A stretch of DNA of 64,000 nt from a plasmid. Every line of letters starts with the position of its first letter. Position 1 is the stretch's first letter. The DNA lies in the sequence record NZ_CP020440.2; one strand, 5' to 3'. Both the position numbers and the translations under genes were made by a program. Below are positions 58,003-64,000 of this stretch, piece by piece. The notes below the pieces were generated by a model. The model saw nothing but the letters and a program-made list of their open reading frames with translations, did no database searches and had not been told where the DNA came from.

Positions 58003-59396
58003 GCGGTCCTCGCGGCCAGCAGGCTGTCGGCGGTCGGATGGATGCGCTGGATCGGCGCGGCGGCGATGGCGGGGGTGGTCAGGGCGCGGATTTCCCGCAG
58101 CAGGGCGCGGGCGTCCCAATCGACCGGCCAGCCCTGGACCAGGCGCAGCCGGCCATTGGTGAAGACGGCGTCGATCTGGTCGCGGTTGCCATAGCGGACC
58201 AGTTCCCACGTCAGGTCGTGCGAGGGCGTGAACTCGGGCCGGTCCAGATCGACCAGCAGGAAATCGGCGGCCAGGCCCTCGGCGATGGTGCCGGTCACGG
58301 CGCCCAGCCCGCTGGCCTCGGCCGCCATGCGGGTCGCGGCCTCGATCCACAGCCAGCCGCCGCCGCAGGAGCTGTCGCCCGAGGCCAGGCCATAGCCCGC
58401 GCGCTGCATCGTCTCGGCCGCATCCATCAGCCGGAAGCCGTCGGCGCGGGTGCCGTCGGTGCCCAGGCCGAAGCGGATGCCAAGCGCCTGCATCTGCAGG
58501 GCCGGCGCGATGGCATTGCCCTTCCAGACCGAGGCGACGGGGTTGTAGGCCACCGCCGTGCCGCTGTCGCAGAGCAGGTTCAGCTCCGAAGGCGTGATCA
58601 GCGTGGAATGCGCGATCAGGGTCTGGGGACCCAGCGCGCCGACATGGGCCAGGTGTTCCAGCGGCCGGCGGCCGTTGGCGACCAGCGAGCGTTCGACCGC
58701 GACCAGGTGTTCGTTCACATGGGTCTGGAAGGTCGCCTGCGCCGCGGCCGCCATGGCCGAGACGTCGCGCAGCATCCCGTCGCTGGCCACCTCGGGGATG
58801 GAAATCGCGAGCGAAGGATGGATCAGCGCGTCGCCGCAATAGGTGGCCAGATGCGCCTCGGCCCGGCGCAGGATCTGGGCCCGGTCGGGAACCTGCGCCG
58901 CGCCGCCGAGGTCGTTGCAGATCTGCGCCACGACCAGCCGCAGCCCGGTTTCGCGCGCGGCATCGACCAGCCGGCCGATGTGGCCGGCCGAGCGGGTGCC
59001 GGCATCGACCGCCGTGGTGAAGCCCCCGCGCAGGCATTCCAGCGCCGCCAGCTTCGAGGACAGATAGACCATATGTTCATCCAGGCTGCCTTCGAGCGGC
59101 ACCCAGATGCGGCGAAAGATCTCGGACGGCTCGCCGAAGACCAGCGACTTGCCCAGCGATTGCGTCAGGTGGGTGTGGGTGTCGACAAAGCCGGGCATGA
59201 GCAGGTGGCCAGGCAGCTCGGCCACGGCGGCCTCGGGATGGGCCGCGCGCAGCCGCCCGACGCTGTCGACGCGGTGAAAGCGGCCGTCGCGGATCAGCAC
59301 CGCCATGCCCGGCTGCGGACCCCGGGGCAGCATCAGCCGCCCGGGCGCAACGATCAGGTTTTCGGTTCGGGCGAAGGTCTGGCGCAGGTCGGCCAT
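57999..59396 (-). CDS. Amidohydrolase-family metallo-deaminase (guanine/8-oxoguanine deaminase or chlorohydrolase-like)
   Basis: HxH metal-binding PGFVDTHTHLTQS, downstream His/Asp ligands; start M39. Confidence 0.8.
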   Translation of the reverse strand: MADLRQTFARTENLIVAPGRLMLPRGPQPGMAVLIRDGRFHRVDSVGRLRAAHPEAAVAELPGHLLMPGFVDTHTHLTQSLGKSLVFGEPSEIFRRIWVPLEGSLDEHMVYLSSKLAALECLRGGFTTAVDAGTRSAGHIGRLVDAARETGLRLVVAQICNDLGGAAQVPDRAQILRRAEAHLATYCGDALIHPSLAISIPEVASDGMLRDVSAMAAAAQATFQTHVNEHLVAVERSLVANGRRPLEHLAHVGALGPQTLIAHSTLITPSELNLLCDSGTAVAYNPVASVWKGNAIAPALQMQALGIRFGLGTDGTRADGFRLMDAAETMQRAGYGLASGDSSCGGGWLWIEAATRMAAEASGLGAVTGTIAEGLAADFLLVDLDRPEFTPSHDLTWELVRYGNRDQIDAVFTNGRLRLVQGWPVDWDARALLREIRALTTPAIAAAPIQRIHPTADSLLAARTA

Positions 59397-60733
59397 CAGG
59401 CAAGCTCCTTTTCGGTGGAACGCGGGGCGGTCAGCTGGAACATCGCGTTGACCAGCGCCGCCGTGATCGTGCCCATGGCGAGACCGTTCCCGAGGATCAT
59501 CTGGCTCCATTGCGGGAACTGGGTGTAGATGCCGGGCACCAGGATCGGCATCAGCCCCATGGCGAGGCCCGAGGCCAGGGTGAACATCGCCCCGTGGTCG
59601 CGCAGGTCGACGCGGCTGAGGACATGGATGCCGATCACCCCGATGATCGAAAAGACGATGATCGCCGTGCCGCCGACCACGGGCCCGGGCAGGACGCTGG
59701 CCAGGCGCGAGACCGGGGCGATCAGCGCGATCACCACCAGGATCACCCCCGCCATGGCGGTGACGTGGCGCGAGCGCACGCCGGTCGCCCGCACGATGCC
59801 CACGTTTTCGCCCGAGGTGATGATGAGCGAGGTGCCGAACAGCCCGCCCAGGACCGAGGCCAGCGCGTCGCCCCGGATGGTGCGCGGCACGATGGCATGG
59901 GCGTCGCCGTTGCGCCCGACGATCTCGGCGGTGGCGATGGTCTGGCCGGTGGCCTCGGCCATCGAGATGACCGAGAAGACGATCAGCGGCAGCGCGGCGA
60001 GCACGTCGAATTTCGGCATGCCGAAGGGAAAGAGATGCGGCACCGCCAGAAGCGGCCCCTGCATGACGCCCGACAGGTCAAGCCGCCCGAGCGCCGCCGC
60101 GGTCAGCGTGCCGGCGATCAGCCCCAACATGACCGAGATGCGCTGCAACGTGCCGGTGAACACCCGCGAAAAGATCACCGTCAGGGCGATGGTGGCCAGC
60201 GCCAGGCCGACGTTGACGGGATCGGCGAAATGCGCCTCGCCCGCGCGGCCGGTGATGGTGCCGCCATAGATCTTGACCAGGTTCACAGCCACCAGCAGCA
60301 GCATGGTGCCGACGACGATGGGCGGAAAGAACCGCAGCAGCCGCCGGAACACCGGCAGCGCCAGGAAGTAGAACACCCCGGTCACCAGCACGGCGCCCAC
60401 GGCCGTCTGCACGTCGGTCTGCGTGGCGATGGCCAGGAAGATGGCGATCGGCGCGCCGCCCGGCACCATGATGAAGGGCAGCCGCGCCCCGAAGCCGCCC
60501 GGCCCGTAGCTTTGCAGGATCGAGCCGATGCCGCAGACCAGAAAGGTCGCGCTGATGATCGAGACGGTCAGCGCCGGGTCGAAGCCCAGCGTCTGCGCGA
60601 CCAGGAACACCGCCGTGATCGGCGAGGCCGCCATGACCAGCACATGCTGGAAACCATAGAGAATCAGGTCCTTCAGCGGCAGGACCTGATCGACGGGATC
60701 CTGCGCCAGCGGCGGGTGAGGGTCGTTTGTCAT
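59396..60733 (-). CDS. Nucleobase:cation symporter-2 (NCS2) family purine/xanthine permease
   Basis: About 445 aa, 13-14 TM, xanthine/uracil permease-family motifs; start M15. Confidence 0.85.
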   Translation of the reverse strand: MTNDPHPPLAQDPVDQVLPLKDLILYGFQHVLVMAASPITAVFLVAQTLGFDPALTVSIISATFLVCGIGSILQSYGPGGFGARLPFIMVPGGAPIAIFLAIATQTDVQTAVGAVLVTGVFYFLALPVFRRLLRFFPPIVVGTMLLLVAVNLVKIYGGTITGRAGEAHFADPVNVGLALATIALTVIFSRVFTGTLQRISVMLGLIAGTLTAAALGRLDLSGVMQGPLLAVPHLFPFGMPKFDVLAALPLIVFSVISMAEATGQTIATAEIVGRNGDAHAIVPRTIRGDALASVLGGLFGTSLIITSGENVGIVRATGVRSRHVTAMAGVILVVIALIAPVSRLASVLPGPVVGGTAIIVFSIIGVIGIHVLSRVDLRDHGAMFTLASGLAMGLMPILVPGIYTQFPQWSQMILGNGLAMGTITAALVNAMFQLTAPRSTEKELA

Positions 60734-60761
60734 GGTGTCTTCCCTGTTGAGATGGGCTGTC

Positions 60762-60832
60762 TGCATGTCATGCAAATCGTTTTGCTATTGGCTTTGCTAG
60801 CATGCCCGCCGATTCGTGCAAAACGTTTTGTT
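60762..60832. promoter_or_regulatory. Three palindromes in the divergent promoter between the NCS2 permease and the LacI regulator (candidate LacI/PurR-type operators)
   Basis: TGCATG-t-CATGCA (60762-60774), TGCAAATCGTTTTGC (60771-60785), perfect CAAAACGTTTTG (60819-60830) fitting the LacI-family CG-centred operator consensus. Confidence 0.5.
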
Positions 60833-60886
60833 GCCTCTGGTCGGCAGACTGCTACCCTGCTGCACGGAAATCGGTCACGAGGACGC

Positions 60887-61891
60887 ATGAGCAAGCCCAC
60901 CATCTCGGACCTGGCCAGGGCGGCGGGGGTTTCGGTCACCACGGTCTCGCATGCCTTCAGCGGCCGGCGGCATGTCGACCCGGACACGCGCCGGCGCATC
61001 CAGGACCTTGCGGCCCAGATGGGTTATCACCCCAGCAGCATGGCGCGGGCGCTGCGCAGCGGGCGGACGGGGACCATCGCGCTGGCGTCCTCGATGCCGT
61101 TCGCGGTCGCGGCCGGGCCGTCGCGGCTGGGCTTTCTGATGGAGATCGCCGCCTCGGCCGCCATGTCGGCGCTCAGCCGCGACCTGGCCCTGTGCCTGAT
61201 CCCGCCGCATCCGACCGCCCAGGCCAGCAGCGCGGCCGGCTTCGACGGGGTGATCCTGGTCGAGCCGATGCGCGACGATCCCATGGTCGCGCATTTCGAG
61301 GCGCGCAACACGCCCATCGTCTCGATCGGGACGGTGCCGGGGCGGCCGGACATCCCCTCGGTCGATATCCGCTCGGCCGAGACGGCGACGCTGCTGCTGG
61401 CGCATCTGGCGGACCAGGGCTGCCGCCACATCGCGGCACTGATCGGCACCAGCCCCCGCACCAGCCAGATCGAGGGCGAGGCGGCCTATCGCGCCTTCGT
61501 CGCCGACCATGCGCTGCCCGCGACGCTGGACCATCTCGACGAAGCCGGGGGCGAGGAGGCCGGCTATCGCGCCACCCTGCGCCTGCTCGGGGCCGAACCC
61601 GGCATCGACGGCATCTTTGCCGCCATCGACGCCTTTGCCAGCGGGGCGGTGCGCGCCGCCCATGACCTTGGTCGCGAGATCCCGGCGCAGCTGCGCATCG
61701 TGACGCGCTATGACGGGCTGCGCGCCAAGCTGTCGCAACCGCCCCTGACGGCGGTCGACCTGCACCTGCCGGCGGTGGCGGAGCAGGCCGTGCAACTGCT
61801 GCTGTCCCGCATCGAAGGCGCCGGCGGCCGGGCCCTGGCGGAGGTGCCGGAGCTGGTTCCGCGCAGATCCTCGACGGCGTCCGCAGGCTAG
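60887..61891 (+). CDS. LacI-family transcriptional regulator
   Basis: N-terminal HTH ISDLARAAGVSVTTVSHAFSG, periplasmic-binding-like effector domain. Confidence 0.85.
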   Translation: MSKPTISDLARAAGVSVTTVSHAFSGRRHVDPDTRRRIQDLAAQMGYHPSSMARALRSGRTGTIALASSMPFAVAAGPSRLGFLMEIAASAAMSALSRDLALCLIPPHPTAQASSAAGFDGVILVEPMRDDPMVAHFEARNTPIVSIGTVPGRPDIPSVDIRSAETATLLLAHLADQGCRHIAALIGTSPRTSQIEGEAAYRAFVADHALPATLDHLDEAGGEEAGYRATLRLLGAEPGIDGIFAAIDAFASGAVRAAHDLGREIPAQLRIVTRYDGLRAKLSQPPLTAVDLHLPAVAEQAVQLLLSRIEGAGGRALAEVPELVPRRSSTASAG

Positions 61892-61942
61892 GCGCGCTGC
61901 CGAGTCAGCCGCCGGTCGTCCGGCCTGCGGGACGACGCGGCA

Positions 61943-62647
61943 TCATGTCCGGGCAGGCTGCACCATGCCGGCCGTGCCAAAGGCGACCGCCGTATCGAGC
62001 AGCCCCGCCATCGGATCGGCGTCCTCTTCCTTGACCAGTTCGTTTAGGCGGCTGGCGCCCGAAAAGGCATAGAGATAGGCGCCGATCAGCAACGACATGC
62101 GCTGGTAGATCTCGCGCGTCGTCAGTTCGGGCAGCAATGCTGCGAAGGCATCGGCATAGGCGCGGGTCGGCTCGTTATGGACCAGCCGGCGCAGTTCATA
62201 GGACAGTTCCTCGGGCTCCATGTGCAGCCTGGCATGCAGGCGCAGGAACGCGCGCCCCTGCGGGTCGTCGAACAGCGCCGCGGCGGGCGCGATGAAGGCG
62301 CGCACCAGGTCCTCGACCGTATGCGGACCGGCTGTCTGAAGCTGCTGCAACCGCTCCATCCGCTGGCGCGAGATGGAAAACCCCCGCCGGGTGAAGACGG
62401 CGCGAAACAGGTTGTCCTTGCTCTGGAAGTAATAGGCGATCATCGCCGGGGTCACCGCCAGCCGCTCGGCAACCTGGCGCAAGGTGGTGCCGGCATAGCC
62501 GCTTTCGGCGAACAGGACCTCGGCGGCGTCAAGGATGTTGTCGGCCAGGTTCGTCTGCCCCTCGGGCCTGCCGGGACGGCGAATCCTGCCGCCGCGCGGA
62601 CGGGCGGGCAGGGCGGCTTCGGCCATCCGATCTTGCGGCGCGCTCAT
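61943..62647 (-). CDS. TetR/AcrR-family transcriptional regulator
   Basis: HTH ILDAAEVLFAESGYAGTTLRQVAERLAVTPAMIAYYF. Confidence 0.85.
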   Translation of the reverse strand: MSAPQDRMAEAALPARPRGGRIRRPGRPEGQTNLADNILDAAEVLFAESGYAGTTLRQVAERLAVTPAMIAYYFQSKDNLFRAVFTRRGFSISRQRMERLQQLQTAGPHTVEDLVRAFIAPAAALFDDPQGRAFLRLHARLHMEPEELSYELRRLVHNEPTRAYADAFAALLPELTTREIYQRMSLLIGAYLYAFSGASRLNELVKEEDADPMAGLLDTAVAFGTAGMVQPART

Positions 62648-62793
62648 GTCGCGGCTCTGCTGGGCAACGGCGCGCGGGCCCGCGACGGGCGGGGCAGGGC
62701 GCTGCGGAATGTCTTGTAAAACTGCATGCTTATCCGAATTCGTGATTGCTTTTCCGCCTCATCCTAGCCCCGAAACCAGGCAGAGGGAAAAAT

Positions 62794-62819
62794 ATTAATT
62801 ACATGCTTGATTAATTAAT
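62794..62819. promoter_or_regulatory. AT-rich repeat ATTAATTA-N-TTAATTAAT in the TetR/SBP divergent region (candidate TetR operator)
   Basis: TTAATTAA palindromes and a direct ATTAAT repeat, highly unusual in a 67% GC background. Confidence 0.3.
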
Positions 62820-62875
62820 GGGTGGCGCTACTCTGGGTTCAATAACAAAGACCAACCGCCAACAGGGTTTACACC

Positions 62876-63892
62876 ATGATCAACGCCTTTCGCTGCGGCA
62901 TGCTTGCCGCTGTCCTGACGTCTGTTGCCTTGCCCACTTGGGCAGAGAGCCTGCCCGAGGTGACGATGCAAGCCGTGGCCGGCAGCATCGGCGGCGTCCC
63001 GATGATGATCATCGAGGGTGAGAAACTGGACGAGAAGTACGGCTTCGACGGGACGTTCGAATATCTGCCCAGCGACGGGCTGTTCCAGAACTTCCTGATC
63101 GGCAATGCCGACGTCTCGATGGACAACGACATGCTGGGCGTGGCGATCGCGCGGGCCGAGGGATTCGACGTCTCGGCTTTCTATCCGGTGGGGAACCTGT
63201 ATCTGGGCATCATCGTGCCCGGTTCGTCCACGGCCAAGACGCCCGAGGACCTGAAGGGGCACAAGGTCGGCCATTTCGGCGCGGAATCCGGCACCACGTC
63301 CTTCATCAGGCTGATCGTGCAGGAAATGTACGGCTTCGACGTCCTCAAGGAATACCAGATGTCGCAGGTCGGGCCGGGTGCGCTTGTGCCGCTGCTGGCC
63401 GAGGGCGAGGTCGACGCGATCTTCAACTTCGAGGGCTTTGCCTCGGAGGCGATGGTCGCAACCGACGGGCGCTATCTGCTGCAGGCCCATGCCGACTACG
63501 CCAAGTTCAACGGCGGGTTTTCGCCTTGGATCACCAACATGGCCGCCCACGGCGATTGGCTGCGTGACAATCCGGCGCTCGCCTATGCCGTTCGCGATGC
63601 CTATGACGAGGCGATCCGCCTGCTCGAGAGCAGCAATTACGACATCCTGAAAAAGCCCTATATCGCCGAAAAGCTGGGCATCAGCAGCGAGGCGGTACTG
63701 GACAAGGTCATCGAGAACGGCCGCACCTACGGCTATTTCTCGAACGACTGGTCCCCCGAGAAGCGCGCCGCGGCCGCAGCCTTCCTGGACAAGCTGGCGC
63801 AGGACGGCTCGGTCATCCAGAGCGTGCCGGAAGGAACGCTGGTCGCGCTGGAAGACGCGATCGGTCCCCGCCCGGAAGGCAAGGCGCAATGA
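62876..63892 (+). CDS. ABC transporter periplasmic substrate-binding protein (NMT1/SsuA/TauA-like, aliphatic sulfonate/nitrate family)
   Basis: Signal peptide MINAFRCGMLAAVLTSVALPTWA, NMT1-like fold. Confidence 0.75.
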   Translation: MINAFRCGMLAAVLTSVALPTWAESLPEVTMQAVAGSIGGVPMMIIEGEKLDEKYGFDGTFEYLPSDGLFQNFLIGNADVSMDNDMLGVAIARAEGFDVSAFYPVGNLYLGIIVPGSSTAKTPEDLKGHKVGHFGAESGTTSFIRLIVQEMYGFDVLKEYQMSQVGPGALVPLLAEGEVDAIFNFEGFASEAMVATDGRYLLQAHADYAKFNGGFSPWITNMAAHGDWLRDNPALAYAVRDAYDEAIRLLESSNYDILKKPYIAEKLGISSEAVLDKVIENGRTYGYFSNDWSPEKRAAAAAFLDKLAQDGSVIQSVPEGTLVALEDAIGPRPEGKAQ

Positions 63893-64000
63893 GCGGGCTG
63901 GCAAGAACGGCCTGGGCCGGGCTGGCGCTGGCCCTGCTGATCCCCGCCTGGCATCTGGCAGCGGCCGGCACGACCTTCATCGAAAGCCCCTCGGTGGTGC
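63889..64000 (+). CDS. ABC transporter permease, 5' fragment (continues beyond the window)
   Basis: Hydrophobic N-terminus, ATG overlapping the upstream stop. Confidence 0.55.
   Translation, partial: MSGLARTAWAGLALALLIPAWHLAAAGTTFIESPSVV

Noticed and set aside
62700-62875. Possible TPP riboswitch upstream of the NMT1/THI5-like binding protein
   Set aside because: No CUGAGA/ACCUGAUCUGGAUAAUGC-type conserved thi-box elements found; the region is better explained by TetR operator repeats
1-64000. Search for CRISPR arrays, tRNA/rRNA genes, IS elements, integrases or prophage genes
   Set aside because: No regularly spaced direct repeats, no tRNA-like T-arm/anticodon-arm patterns, and no transposase or integrase motifs found in any frame

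Overview
High-GC (about 66-68%) alphaproteobacterial chromosomal segment, Paracoccus-like, read from the raw sequence and the ORF track only. Gene order and content match the Paracoccus denitrificans nasTSABGHC nitrate-assimilation cluster and the tauABC-tauXY-xsc-tauZ-pta taurine cluster with divergent tauR. No tRNA, rRNA, CRISPR array, transposase or integrase was recognised. In order, the window holds: a capsule-export gene pair (kpsE-like fragment, kpsT); a bphO-bphP bacteriophytochrome operon with an HWE kinase and receiver domain; a Hint-domain protein; fbp-fba; dctA with divergent LysR and a LuxR-type regulator; an AT-rich island carrying a stand-alone small Cys-containing ORF immediately upstream of an RND MFP-pump operon whose MFP gene carries an in-frame TAG; the complete nasTSABGHC cluster with a structured leader; mprF; an HPP-CBS membrane protein next to a GAF-sensor kinase and NarL-type regulator; a sugar ABC transporter with lactonase, SDR and VOC genes; phnDCE; a decayed tctC pseudogene fused through a tctB-oppF chimeric junction; 2-hydroxyacid dehydrogenase and a GNAT; the full taurine cluster, with tauR apparently frameshifted in a GC-repeat linker; and an AKR, TSUP exporter, amidohydrolase and NCS2 nucleobase permease under a LacI regulator with palindromic operators, followed by a TetR regulator and a sulfonate-type ABC system. 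Roughly half of the long ORFs in the track are GC-driven shadow ORFs antisense to real genes and were discarded. The items most worth a second look are the HPP-CBS/GAF two-component module next to the nas genes, the small Cys-protein island in front of the RND pump, the TAG-interrupted MFP, the tct/opp deletion scar, the Hint-domain protein and the putative NasT ANTAR leader.
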